Notes: generated by a model from the sequence alone, not told the origin. A stretch of 64,000 bases of DNA from an uncultured Candidatus Saccharibacteria bacterium (GCA_964634365.1 CAZWJU010000001.1:167028-231027); one strand, 5' to 3'; positions 9,329 through 19,344 are shown, counted from the stretch's first letter. Translations and numbers: made by a program.

Positions 9329-9522
9329 AAAAGAACAAAGCCCCTCTAATATCAGGGGCTCGTGTTTGAGTTTAAAAATATTTTAGCTATTACTAGTTAG
9401 GCAAAATAATTGAACGCAAAAATGAACCCCCGATTTTTCCTCGGTAATGTGTCCATTTAAAATTCATTTTTGCTACTATATTCATGTACTTCGGAGTATA
9501 CCTAGGGTGTAAATTTTGTCAA
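9329..9522 (-). promoter_or_regulatory. Promoter plus leader-peptide transcription attenuator
   Basis: TTGACA-16-TATACT (9522-9495); mutually exclusive 1:2, 2:3 and 3:4 pairings; terminator AGCCCCT/AGGGGCT plus U-rich tail. Confidence 0.75.
9393..9485 (-). CDS. Putative leader peptide MNIVAKMNFKWTHYRGKIGGSFLRSIILPN
   Basis: 30-codon ORF starting 9 nt after the -10, ending TAG TAA TAG and overlapping attenuator segments 1 and 2. Confidence 0.6.
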   Translation of the reverse strand: MNIVAKMNFKWTHYRGKIGGSFLRSIILPN

Positions 9523-9581
9523 TGTGTATAAATAAATCCGAAGCTTTTAATATCTAGTTTTTTAGCTTACAATAGCTCAAT

Positions 9582-10325
9582 ATGGAAGATGCGCCTACAA
9601 ACATCTATACAATAAAAACTGAAGCTTTTTCAGGTCCTTTTGACCTACTGCTCGAGCTAATCGAAAACAAAAAACTCTTTGTAAATGAAATCTCACTTGC
9701 AGAAATAACCGCCGATTATATAGAACATGTACGCAAGATGGAGTCGCTCAATCTAGGCCAGGCAACACACTTTGCAGTTGTTGCAGCTACATTGATTCTA
9801 ATCAAATCAAAATCTCTACTACCAAACCTTCCGCTTACAAAAGAAGAAGAAACTTCAATTGACGATCTAGAACTCAGACTAAAACTTTACCAAGCTATCA
9901 AAGATATTGCTCCTTTTATAAAAGAGAAGTATGGAAAAACAGTGCTTTTGTCGCTACCAGATAGACCAGTAGGATCAGTTCTATTTAGTCCAGATAAAAA
10001 TCTAAAAAAAGAAAGTGTCGAGTCCGCAATACGAAACGTACTCGGGTCTTTGCCAGTGAAAGTAAACTTACCTGAGGTAACAGTAAAAACAATGGTAAGT
10101 ATAGAAGAGATGATTTCTTCTCTTGAAGAGCGCATAACAAACACTATGACACTTTCTTTTAAAGAATTTAGTCATTTAGATAGCAAAGAGGTAAAGGAGG
10201 TAAAAATCCATACAATAGTTTCGTTCCTAGCGCTACTAGAGCTTGTGCGGACCGGAATTATTGATGTTGTGCAAACAAATGCGTATGATGATATAACAAT
10301 TAGTAAACAAATAGAAAATATATGA
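9582..10325 (+). CDS. scpA: Segregation/condensation protein A
   Basis: FSGPFDLLL, LILIKSKSLLP, FLALLEL. Confidence 0.93.
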   Translation: MEDAPTNIYTIKTEAFSGPFDLLLELIENKKLFVNEISLAEITADYIEHVRKMESLNLGQATHFAVVAATLILIKSKSLLPNLPLTKEEETSIDDLELRLKLYQAIKDIAPFIKEKYGKTVLLSLPDRPVGSVLFSPDKNLKKESVESAIRNVLGSLPVKVNLPEVTVKTMVSIEEMISSLEERITNTMTLSFKEFSHLDSKEVKEVKIHTIVSFLALLELVRTGIIDVVQTNAYDDITISKQIENI

Positions 10326-10882
10326 ACATAGAACTTGATGCAAAAATTGAAGCCCTGCTTTTTTCAAAAGCTGAACCAGTAAGCATAAAAGAACTCATGA
10401 AGACTTTTGGTGAGAGTGAGACTAAAGTTACAGAGGCTTTGGATAAACTACGCGAGAATCTATCAAACAGAGGAGTGCGACTACTTTCTCATGATGGACT
10501 ATTTACTCTTTCTACTGCTCCAGAATGTTCTGTATTTTTAGATGAAATCAGAAGAGAGGAGCTATCAAAAGACCTTTCAAAGGCAAGTTTGGAAACTTTG
10601 TCCATAATCCTGTATACAGATAAGCCAACTCGCGGAGACATAGATTACATCAGAGGAGTAAACTCAAGTTTTATATTAAGAAATCTTCTTGTTCGTGGAA
10701 TGATAGAAAAAGATATCCATCCAGATGATAGTCGTAAATTCATATATAAACCTACTTTAGATCTTCTAAGATTCTTGGGAATAACCAATCTGACAGATCT
10801 GGAGAATTTTACAGAAACAAAAGAAAAGCTAAATGCATTTCGATCTTCCCAGAACGAAGAAAACCTAAAAGAAGAAGCATAA
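10322..10882 (+). CDS. scpB: Segregation/condensation protein B
   Basis: IEALLF, LSKASLETLSII, IDYIRGVNS, FLGI; ATGA overlap with scpA. Confidence 0.93.
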   Translation: MNIELDAKIEALLFSKAEPVSIKELMKTFGESETKVTEALDKLRENLSNRGVRLLSHDGLFTLSTAPECSVFLDEIRREELSKDLSKASLETLSIILYTDKPTRGDIDYIRGVNSSFILRNLLVRGMIEKDIHPDDSRKFIYKPTLDLLRFLGITNLTDLENFTETKEKLNAFRSSQNEENLKEEA

Positions 10883-10883
10883 A

Positions 10884-11834
10884 ATGTACCCGAGCCGCAC
10901 GACAATTTTTATTACGCTGTTTTTAACATTGGGTCTTTTGGTGATTTTTATCAACCAAAACAAAAAAAATGAATATTTAGAAATTGAAAAACAGATATTA
11001 GAATCGCAGTTAGTAAGCACTAAAGAAAAAATTTTTAATGAAATAAAAATCGATGCAAAATCGTTTGTCATAAAAGATATTGATTCGGGAGAGGTGATAT
11101 ATCAAAAAAATATGTATAAAAAGATGCCTCTGGCTTCACTAACAAAGCTAATGACTGCCTATGTATCGCAAAAATATGCCCCAAGCGACTTGAAAATAGA
11201 AGTTAACGAAAAAGATCTGGGGGCAATAGGGGACGCAAAGTTAAATCCTGGTGATAGCTGGCAGCTAGAAAACATATTGTCTTTTGCTTTGGTAAATTCA
11301 TCGAACGACGCAATAGAATCAATCGACAGAAACTTGTCTGCTTATTTTGGAGGAGAAAATAAGTTTGTAAAAAAAATGAATGAAGAAGCGGACCGTTTAG
11401 GTCTATATAGTATGGAATTTTTCAATGCCACTGGTTTAGATGTAGAACAAGCTAAAAACGGAGGCTATGGTTCTGCAAATGATATAGCAAAACTGACAAT
11501 AGCAGTGTTCAGTGACTATCCACATATACTAAAAGACACAGCTTTTCCAAAATCAAAATTTACATCTCTTACAAACAAAGAATATGAATCCATAAATACA
11601 AATACTTATATAGAAAAAATATCACCCATCCTTGCCTCAAAAACAGGTTATACAAATTTTGCAGGAGGCAATCTTGTGATCATAAAAGAAATAGAGGGCA
11701 GGAGAATCGTCTTGGTGGTAATGGGCTCAACTTATGAAGGCAGATTTGTTGATATGTCTATGTTAATCCATGCCACAGAAGAATATTTATATGCAAAAAA
11801 GGCTTATGATACAAAAAATTTAGCAAATAATTAA
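10884..11834 (+). CDS. D-alanyl-D-alanine carboxypeptidase (S11)
   Basis: SLTK, SSN and KTG motifs; N-terminal TM. Confidence 0.9.
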   Translation: MYPSRTTIFITLFLTLGLLVIFINQNKKNEYLEIEKQILESQLVSTKEKIFNEIKIDAKSFVIKDIDSGEVIYQKNMYKKMPLASLTKLMTAYVSQKYAPSDLKIEVNEKDLGAIGDAKLNPGDSWQLENILSFALVNSSNDAIESIDRNLSAYFGGENKFVKKMNEEADRLGLYSMEFFNATGLDVEQAKNGGYGSANDIAKLTIAVFSDYPHILKDTAFPKSKFTSLTNKEYESINTNTYIEKISPILASKTGYTNFAGGNLVIIKEIEGRRIVLVVMGSTYEGRFVDMSMLIHATEEYLYAKKAYDTKNLANN

Positions 11835-11855
11835 CACAATTGTTATACTGCTTAT

Positions 11856-12914
11856 ATGATAATAAATATAATCAAAGTATTTATACCAACCACAATAGCA
11901 TTCTTCTTAGGTATAGGGATGACCCCCTTCCTGATGCGTTTTTTTATAAAAAATAGACTTTGGAAAAGACATGCTAGAAGCGACGAATCTATCAACGCAG
12001 ATAAAATTTCTCCAACATTCTCTGCTCTACACAATACAAAAGAAGAGCTCGCCACTCCAAGAATTGGCGGGGTCATAATATGGCTTGCAACACTTGGAAC
12101 GGCGCTCATAATATTTTTGATATCAGTCTTTGTACCAAACGAACTAACAGACAAACTCAATTTTATAAGTAGAAATCAAACCCTACTCTTGTTGTTTGCG
12201 ATGCTTATATCTAGTCTTATAGGTTTAACAGATGACCTACTGACTATTTTTGCCAAACCAGGTGTTTTTGCAAATGGATTTCCTAGAAAATACATGGTCT
12301 CAATCGTCTTGCTTATCGGACTGATTGGTGGTTTGTGGTTTTACTATAAACTTGGAATATCAACCATAGCTATACCTGTTCTAGGGATACTTCCATTTGG
12401 TGTATTCTTCATACCAATATTTATGGCTGTTATATTTGCAGTTTTTTCAAGTGGAGTGATCGATGGCATAGACGGCCTAGCAGGAGGTGTTATGGCAACT
12501 ATATTTGGAGCATACGGAACAATTGCACTTCTACACAATCAAGTTGATATAGCAGTATTTTGCGCTGTTGTAACTGGAGCTATACTATCTTTTTTATGGT
12601 TCAATATTCCTCCAGCAAGATTTTATATGGGGGAGACAGGAATGCTTGGACTCACGGTAACTCTAACTATAGTGGCATTTTTAACAGATACAGTTCTACT
12701 ACTTCCAATAATTGCTTTCCCTCTATTTGCAACAGCACTATCATCAGCAATACAAATATTTTCAAAGAAATATTTCAATAAAAAAATATTCAAAGTTGCA
12801 CCACTGCACCATCACTTTGAAGCGCTCGGATGGTCAAGAGCAAAAATAACAATGAGATACTGGGTAATATCTGTAATATTTGCAATTATAGGAATAGTTC
12901 TATCTCTACTATAA
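11856..12914 (+). CDS. mraY: Phospho-N-acetylmuramoyl-pentapeptide transferase
   Basis: TPRIGG, GLTDD, DGIDGL, FYMGETG, APLHHHFE. Confidence 0.94.
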   Translation: MIINIIKVFIPTTIAFFLGIGMTPFLMRFFIKNRLWKRHARSDESINADKISPTFSALHNTKEELATPRIGGVIIWLATLGTALIIFLISVFVPNELTDKLNFISRNQTLLLLFAMLISSLIGLTDDLLTIFAKPGVFANGFPRKYMVSIVLLIGLIGGLWFYYKLGISTIAIPVLGILPFGVFFIPIFMAVIFAVFSSGVIDGIDGLAGGVMATIFGAYGTIALLHNQVDIAVFCAVVTGAILSFLWFNIPPARFYMGETGMLGLTVTLTIVAFLTDTVLLLPIIAFPLFATALSSAIQIFSKKYFNKKIFKVAPLHHHFEALGWSRAKITMRYWVISVIFAIIGIVLSLL

Positions 12915-12916
12915 AA

Positions 12917-14029
12917 ATGTCTAAATCTGGTAAGAATTCAATAGACAAAGTTTTCTTAGGGATTGTTGTGGCTTTAGTTATTTTTGGTTTAATATCTTTT
13001 ATATCTGCATCTTTAGGAATACTAGCTAAAAACGAAGAGAAATTTTACGGAGTATTGTTCAACCAGCTCGTACTTGGTCTCTTAGGTGGATCTATCGCAC
13101 TTTTGGTCTGCATGAAATACAAATATGATTTCTGGAGAAACAATTCTTTTTTAATATTTTTAGGATCAATTGTATTAACTCTACTTGTTTTTGTACCAGG
13201 CCTTGGGCTTAGTCACGGAGGAGCAAGGCGCTGGATTTCAATTTTTGGATTCTCTTTGCAACCAGTAGAATTCTTGAAAATTGGTTTTGTTATGTATTTT
13301 GCGGCTTATTTATCTTGGATAAAAAGCAAAGTTTCGGATTATAAATTCAGCATACTTCCTCTAGTATTGATGATTGGTGTTATTGCTTCTGTGCTACTAG
13401 CTCAACCAGACACAAAAAGTCTTATGCTCATAATAGCCGTAGGTGCATCTATGCTTTTTGTATCTGGTATACCGATAAAATACATAGTCTTACTAGTTTC
13501 TATTGCTGCGGCTGGTCTTATAGCGCTGGCTATGTTTACTCCTTATCTAACGGAACGCATAGAAACTTTTCTAGATCCAAGTAGTGACCCTAGCAACTCA
13601 TCTTATCAGCTCCAACAATCACTGATTGCTATAGGATCAGGGGGTATGTTCGGACGAGGCTTGGGACAGAGTATTCAAAAATTTAGCTATCTACCAGAAC
13701 CACAAGGTGACTCTATATTTGCAGTTATAGGAGAAGAATTCGGTTTTGTGGGATCTGTATTGTTGCTTGTACTGTACGTGGCTTTTGTCATGCGAGGACT
13801 ACATCTCGCATACAGAGCACCGGATTCTTTTAGTAGACTTTTTATAGTTGGAATTGTTATACTTTTTGGAGCACAATCTTTGCTGAACATAGCATCTATA
13901 GTAGGACTGTTTCCACTCACAGGAGTTCCGCTTGTTTTTATCAGTCACGGAGGAACATCCTTGCTTATTTCACTGGCTTCGATTGGTATAATACTAAACA
14001 TGTCAAAATATCAACGCAAAATTAATTAA
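12917..14029 (+). CDS. ftsW: SEDS peptidoglycan polymerase FtsW/RodA
   Basis: GARRWI, QPVEFLK, LPEPQGDSIF, PLTGVPLVFISHGG; lies between mraY and murG. Confidence 0.9.
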   Translation: MSKSGKNSIDKVFLGIVVALVIFGLISFISASLGILAKNEEKFYGVLFNQLVLGLLGGSIALLVCMKYKYDFWRNNSFLIFLGSIVLTLLVFVPGLGLSHGGARRWISIFGFSLQPVEFLKIGFVMYFAAYLSWIKSKVSDYKFSILPLVLMIGVIASVLLAQPDTKSLMLIIAVGASMLFVSGIPIKYIVLLVSIAAAGLIALAMFTPYLTERIETFLDPSSDPSNSSYQLQQSLIAIGSGGMFGRGLGQSIQKFSYLPEPQGDSIFAVIGEEFGFVGSVLLLVLYVAFVMRGLHLAYRAPDSFSRLFIVGIVILFGAQSLLNIASIVGLFPLTGVPLVFISHGGTSLLISLASIGIILNMSKYQRKIN

Positions 14030-14032
14030 TTT

Positions 14033-15160
14033 ATGAGAATACTATTTACAGGAGGAGGAACCGGTGGGCACTTTTACCCAATAATCGCAATCGCCGAAGC
14101 ATTGAACAAAATAGCAGATGAAGAAAAGATTTTAAAATCTGAACTTTACTATATGTCTACTGAGCCTTATGACAAACAGGCACTTTTTGAAAACAATATA
14201 AAATTTATACAAGTAAACGCTGGTAAACTTCGTATATATCCTTCTCTTAAAAACATAACTGACATTTTTAAAACAGCAACAGGATGTATGGAGGCTGTTT
14301 TCAAGATATTTGCCCTGTATCCTGATGTGGTCTTTGGTAAAGGTGGTTTTGCTAGTTTCCCAGCATTGTTTGCTGCAAGAATTCTGCGCATACCAGTAGT
14401 TATACATGAATCAGACTCTGCTCCTGGTAGAGTAAACAAATGGGCAAGTAAATTTGCGAAACGTATCGCAATATCTTTCCCAGAAGCCATAGAGTCTTTC
14501 CCAAAAAACAAAACTGCTTGGACAGGTCAGCCTGTTCGCAGAGATATATTGCGAGGAGTAAAAGAAGGTGCACATGAATATTTTGGATTTGATCAAAATA
14601 TCCCTGTAATACTAATCCTAGGAGGTTCACAAGGTGCACAAAAAATAAACAATGCGCTTATAGACGCACTACCTGTTCTCTTGCCAAATTTTCAAATAAT
14701 TCACCAAGTTGGTCCAAAAAATATCGAGGATATTACAGAGACTGCAAACGTAATCATCGCAAACAACGAATTCAAAAAAAGATACAAGCCTATCGGATTC
14801 CTAAGCCCGCTTGCAATAAAAATGGCTGCCGGTGCTGCAAACATAATAGTATCTAGAGCTGGTTCAACTATTTTTGAAATAGCTGGCTGGGGAGTGCCTT
14901 CGATTATAATTCCTTTCGACAAATCAAACGGAGATCATTCTAGAAAAAATGCATACACTTATGCAAGAAGTGGTGCATGTGAAGTAATAGAAGAAACCAA
15001 TCTTTCTCCAAACTTACTCGCTGCAGAAATAACTGCAATAGTAGGGGATAGTACAAAAATAGAAAAAATGAAAAAAGCCGCACAAGATTTTGCACGACCT
15101 GAAGCAGCAAGTTCTATCGCACGAGAAATAATAAATCTAGCACTAAAACACGAACAATAA
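14033..15160 (+). CDS. murG: UDP-GlcNAc:lipid I GlcNAc transferase
   Basis: TGGGTGGH, IHESD, GGSQGA, SRAGS. Confidence 0.95.
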   Translation: MRILFTGGGTGGHFYPIIAIAEALNKIADEEKILKSELYYMSTEPYDKQALFENNIKFIQVNAGKLRIYPSLKNITDIFKTATGCMEAVFKIFALYPDVVFGKGGFASFPALFAARILRIPVVIHESDSAPGRVNKWASKFAKRIAISFPEAIESFPKNKTAWTGQPVRRDILRGVKEGAHEYFGFDQNIPVILILGGSQGAQKINNALIDALPVLLPNFQIIHQVGPKNIEDITETANVIIANNEFKKRYKPIGFLSPLAIKMAAGAANIIVSRAGSTIFEIAGWGVPSIIIPFDKSNGDHSRKNAYTYARSGACEVIEETNLSPNLLAAEITAIVGDSTKIEKMKKAAQDFARPEAASSIAREIINLALKHEQ

Positions 15161-15198
15161 AAAAGCCACCTGATCATATAGTGAGATCGGTGGCTTTT
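15161..15198. terminator. Bidirectional terminator after murG
   Basis: AAAAGCCACC...GGTGGCTTTT. Confidence 0.8.
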
Positions 15199-15300
15199 AG
15201 GCATTCGGGTTTTGTTACACCCGAGGGGTACCTCCACTGTCAGTTTACTAAGACACCACAACCGGGAGGGTCGTTGCGGTTCCTGCGCTCAGATCTGTTT
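15161..15300 (-). ncRNA. Candidate small RNA (~140 nt)
   Basis: Promoter TTGACT-17-TACTAT (15334-15306), GC-rich hairpins, ends in terminator 15161-15198; no ATG ORF of note. Confidence 0.55.
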
Positions 15301-15374
15301 CCAATATAGTAGCATATTATAAATATTAAGTCAAGTATATTTAAAAAAGCCTTATAATTTGGTATACTTTTCAA

Positions 15375-16817
15375 ATGTCTACACAAAAGAAAGTTGTAAC
15401 TCGTTTTGCTCCAAGTCCAACTGGCTTTATGCATATTGGAGGTGTTCGCACTGCACTTTTTGCATGGGCTTTTGCTCGTAAAAATAACGGTACTTTTATA
15501 TTGCGAATCGAGGACACAGACAAAGCTCGTGAAGTAGAAGGTTCAATCGAACACATAATAAAATCACTGAAGTGGCTTGGTATAAGCTGGGATGAAGGAG
15601 TAGATATAGGAGGTCCGAATGCGCCATACCTACAGTCTGAAAGACTAGACTCTTATAAAAAATACGCACAGATTTTGATTGAAAAAGGTTTAGCTTATGC
15701 AGATCCGTACACAGAGGCAGAAGTAGAAGAGTTCAGAAAAAAATCCGAAGCAGAGAAAAAACCTTTTCTGTTTCGTGACTACAGACCTATAAATCCGCCG
15801 GCTTGGGATGGAACTATGCCACTTCGTCTAAAAGTTACAGATATAAAATCTTATCATTGGACAGATCTGGTAAGGGGCGAGCTTTCTGCTGGACCTGAAG
15901 CAGTCGATGATATTATTTTGATAAAAAGCGATGGATATCCAACATACAATTTCGCTCACATAATAGACGACCTAGAGATGGGTGTAACTCATATTATGCG
16001 CGCCGATGAGTTTATCTCATCGACTCCAAAGTTTTTGTCTATTTATGATGCACTTGGAATTGAGCGCCCTCTATTTGCAACCCTTCCGCCAATTATGTCT
16101 CCAGACGGCAAGAAAAAACTTGGTAAGCGTGATGGAGCAAAAGACATACTAGACTACAAAGAAGAAGGATATTTGCCTGAAGCTATGATAAATTTCCTTG
16201 TCTTTATAGGTTGGAATCCAGGAGATGAGCGCGAGATCATGACACCTGGTGAATTTATAGAAGCTTTTGAAATAGATAAAATTCAAAAATCAGGCGGGGG
16301 ATTCAACATAGAAAAACTAAACTGGATAAATCGCGAGCATATTAAAAAACTAAGTGACGAAGAATTTTTAAATAAAATTCAAGAATACATCCCTGAAAAT
16401 TTTAGAAGTAAAATTGAAAAAAATATTTCTGTTCTTATAAAAGAAAGGGTAGAAAAATTTTCTGATATAAAAAATATGTTTGAAAAAGGGGAATTGGATT
16501 ATTTTTTCGACAGACCAAAATACGACCCAAGCAAGTTGATATTCAAAGACTCTACAAAAGAAAGTATTACTGAAAATCTAAAGCATGGATACGACCTATT
16601 GAACAGTATAGAAGAGAAAAACTTCAATCTAGATTTTATAAAAGATACAATGATGAAAAGTCTAGAAAAAGAAAAGCGCGGACCAACCCTTCACCCTATA
16701 CGCATAGCACTATCTGGACTTGATCAATCCCCAGACCCATTTACCATCTCATCGATATTGGGTAAAAAAGAAACACTAGAACGTATCCAAACTGCAATAG
16801 AATCGCTTGTAAATTAA
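15375..16817 (+). CDS. gltX: Glutamyl-tRNA synthetase
   Basis: RFAPSPTGFMHIG, LRIEDTD, PTYNFA, KKLGKR. Confidence 0.96.
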   Translation: MSTQKKVVTRFAPSPTGFMHIGGVRTALFAWAFARKNNGTFILRIEDTDKAREVEGSIEHIIKSLKWLGISWDEGVDIGGPNAPYLQSERLDSYKKYAQILIEKGLAYADPYTEAEVEEFRKKSEAEKKPFLFRDYRPINPPAWDGTMPLRLKVTDIKSYHWTDLVRGELSAGPEAVDDIILIKSDGYPTYNFAHIIDDLEMGVTHIMRADEFISSTPKFLSIYDALGIERPLFATLPPIMSPDGKKKLGKRDGAKDILDYKEEGYLPEAMINFLVFIGWNPGDEREIMTPGEFIEAFEIDKIQKSGGGFNIEKLNWINREHIKKLSDEEFLNKIQEYIPENFRSKIEKNISVLIKERVEKFSDIKNMFEKGELDYFFDRPKYDPSKLIFKDSTKESITENLKHGYDLLNSIEEKNFNLDFIKDTMMKSLEKEKRGPTLHPIRIALSGLDQSPDPFTISSILGKKETLERIQTAIESLVN

Positions 16818-16826
16818 GATTATAAT

Positions 16827-18140
16827 ATGAATTTTAAAAATAACACCAAAACAATTGTCTTTACGGTAATTATATTTGTGTTGTTTTTGTCTTTTGTAAT
16901 TAACAAAGCAGATGCCGATATAGCTAGCGACTTATCATCTAAAATAGAATCTCACACGAACGAAATAGACAAACTAGAAGCTGAAATAGCTAAATATCAA
17001 ACTGAATTAAACAATACGAGTAAAAATGCTCTATCTTTAAAAGGATCCATCAATGAACTCGATATATCAAAGAAAAAATTACAAGCTGAAATATCAGTCA
17101 CTGAAAATAAAATAAGCTCAACAGAGCTACGCATTCAGAAACTTAGCCTAGATATTGGAGACAAATCAAAAACTATAGATGTAAACCAACTTGCCATAGC
17201 TAGAAACATAGCAAAGATACATGAACTAGACTCAAACCCTCTAATCGTAACAATGCTTTCAAACGAACGCATTGCTGATGTATGGAATGAAATAGAGTCT
17301 TTAAAACGCATACAATCTGATGTGTACGACCACACTAAAGATGTTATAGCTGTACGCCACGGGCTCGAAGGTGATCGCAATGAAGAATTGGAAGCAAAAG
17401 AAGAGCTACTAGCTTTAAAAGATGAACTGAACGGTCAGAAGAAAGTTTTAGACATAAATATTAAAGATAAAAATAAATTACTTAGTGAGACAAAAAATCT
17501 AGAGTCAAATTACAAAAAGATATTGGCTGATAAGCTTGCGCTGAAAGCAGCTTTTGAAAAAGAACTTCAAGATTATGAATCTCAATTAAAATACGTACTA
17601 GATCCTAGTAAGATACCAACAAGAGGATCTCATGCACTCGGATGGCCACTTACAAACGTATTCATAACTCAAATGTTCGGAAAAACTGTAGACTCCGTAA
17701 GACTCTACACATCTGGATCACATAGTGGAACTGATTTTAGAGCTAGTATCGGAACACCAGTGCTAGCTATGGCAAGCGGTACAGTCGTGGAGAGCGGAGA
17801 TACAGATGCGACTTGCCGTGGTGCATCTTTTGGAAAATGGGTATTTATAAAATATGACAATGGATTGGCTAGTACATATGGACACTTGTCTTTAGTAAGT
17901 GCCAAAAATGGTGCGAGAGTAACACCAGGCCAAATCGTAGCTTATAGTGGAAACACAGGACACTCTACAGCACCACACTTGCATGTTAGTTTATATCCTA
18001 GTGATGCTGTGGACGTATCAGGAAAAGAAAGTATTGCTTGTAAAGGAAAAATACTTGTACAACCGAGAGCTGCGACAAATGCCTATTTAAACCCGCTAGA
18101 TTATATGCCAAGCTACACAAGCTCTATGATTAAAAGCTAA
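16827..18140 (+). CDS. Secreted coiled-coil M23 peptidase (EnvC-like architecture)
   Basis: Signal peptide, long coiled coil, HSGTD, YGHL, APHLH. Confidence 0.9.
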   Translation: MNFKNNTKTIVFTVIIFVLFLSFVINKADADIASDLSSKIESHTNEIDKLEAEIAKYQTELNNTSKNALSLKGSINELDISKKKLQAEISVTENKISSTELRIQKLSLDIGDKSKTIDVNQLAIARNIAKIHELDSNPLIVTMLSNERIADVWNEIESLKRIQSDVYDHTKDVIAVRHGLEGDRNEELEAKEELLALKDELNGQKKVLDINIKDKNKLLSETKNLESNYKKILADKLALKAAFEKELQDYESQLKYVLDPSKIPTRGSHALGWPLTNVFITQMFGKTVDSVRLYTSGSHSGTDFRASIGTPVLAMASGTVVESGDTDATCRGASFGKWVFIKYDNGLASTYGHLSLVSAKNGARVTPGQIVAYSGNTGHSTAPHLHVSLYPSDAVDVSGKESIACKGKILVQPRAATNAYLNPLDYMPSYTSSMIKS

Positions 18141-18385
18141 AAAACACCCTATCAAAAAGGTGTTTTTTGTTTTATGTATTACAACACAATTATATATGTA
18201 GTCAAGAGCGGGTAGGGCACGCAGATTCTAGAAATCAACAAAATACAATAGATCCAAACCACAAAATACTAATACTAGGGTAGAGGATGCGCTTAAAAAC
18301 GATTCTGGGGCCTAATAGATATAGGTCTACAGGACGAAGTGAGCTAGACAATAAACCAAGTAAATAAAGGGCTTATTTTAAAATA

Positions 18386-18417
18386 TAACGTCGTAAAAGA
18401 TATATTGTGCGACGTTA
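18386..18417. other. dif-like Xer recombination site (candidate replication terminus)
   Basis: ACGTCGTAAAA-GATATA-TTGTGCGACGT, 11-6-11 inverted arms; GGGTAGGG at 18210; located in non-coding gap where gene orientation switches. Confidence 0.65.
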
Positions 18418-18431
18418 GTATTCTAAATCCC

Positions 18432-19337
18432 CTAGGAGGAAACGCAAGCATTAAAGGTTGCTACGCCTGCATTGTAATCTGCTATATCTTCTTTAAGATT
18501 TGTAACAGCAGTGTTATATTCGTTTATCAGAGAGTTGTACTCCTCTACTAGGTCATTGTACCCACTAGACCACTTGTTTGTATTATTGACTTCCTCTAAC
18601 TTCAAATAAATATCTTCTTCCAAATTTTCTATTTCTAGTTCTTCTGTATCAATCTTTGACTTTAGGTCACTATCTATACCTGGGCAAGAATCAATAGACG
18701 CTCCAAAATGCTGTACTAGTATCCATGAATCAAATCCATCATACTTACCATAAACTATCCCGATCCCTATTTCTTTGAATTTTGGATTCAATATGTTTTC
18801 TTTGTGTGCTGGAGAATTCATCCACGCATCTACAACTTCAGACGCACTTTTAAAATCACCTCTGGCTAAATTCTCTCCGACAATTATGTATTCATAGTTT
18901 ACATCTTCCGCCAAGTCAGAAACTCCGATACCTTCTGGAGAGTCGTGTTCAAAGTATTGCCTATCCAACATGTCTTGCGCTTTCTTCTGTGCTGAAGAAG
19001 AAAGTTTTGTATTTTGATTTAAAATTGATACACCGACAGACTGTCTGTTCAAATTTGTATAGTATATGATGTTGGCTTGGTTTATCTGACTTGTACTACT
19101 AGTTGTTTGTGTACTATCTACACCAGTATCATCTCTTTCAAAAACAAGTGGATCTGGGAGGAGTTCCTTGAGCCCGCCAACCTCACTAGGTATTGAAAAT
19201 ATTTGATTCCCTATTTTTTCAATATCCGAATTTATTTCTGATCTAGAAAATAATTTATTATCTAAATTTAAAATTCCATACACAGAAAGTATTGTTAAAA
19301 TAAATCCTATGATTGATGTGATCCAGACTCTTCCCAT
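18432..19337 (-). CDS. CAP/SCP-domain exported protein
   Basis: TNLNR, YFEHDSP, GENLA, AWMNSPAHKENIL. Confidence 0.9.
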   Translation of the reverse strand: MGRVWITSIIGFILTILSVYGILNLDNKLFSRSEINSDIEKIGNQIFSIPSEVGGLKELLPDPLVFERDDTGVDSTQTTSSTSQINQANIIYYTNLNRQSVGVSILNQNTKLSSSAQKKAQDMLDRQYFEHDSPEGIGVSDLAEDVNYEYIIVGENLARGDFKSASEVVDAWMNSPAHKENILNPKFKEIGIGIVYGKYDGFDSWILVQHFGASIDSCPGIDSDLKSKIDTEELEIENLEEDIYLKLEEVNNTNKWSSGYNDLVEEYNSLINEYNTAVTNLKEDIADYNAGVATFNACVSS

Positions 19338-19344
19338 CTTTTAT

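Noticed and set aside
9582-10325. Genetic code 25 (UGA=Gly) as in Gracilibacteria/Absconditabacteria
   Set aside because: Genes are full length under code 11 and scpA ends at TGA in an ATGA overlap
15199-15300. HDV-like or hammerhead ribozyme, SRP or 6S identity for the sRNA
   Set aside because: Could not build the nested double pseudoknot, the CUGANGA/GAAA core, the SRP loop or the 6S long duplex by eye
18141-18385. Small gene or sRNA in the gap before the dif-like site
   Set aside because: No convincing ORF or promoter-terminator pair; better explained as terminus-region non-coding DNA
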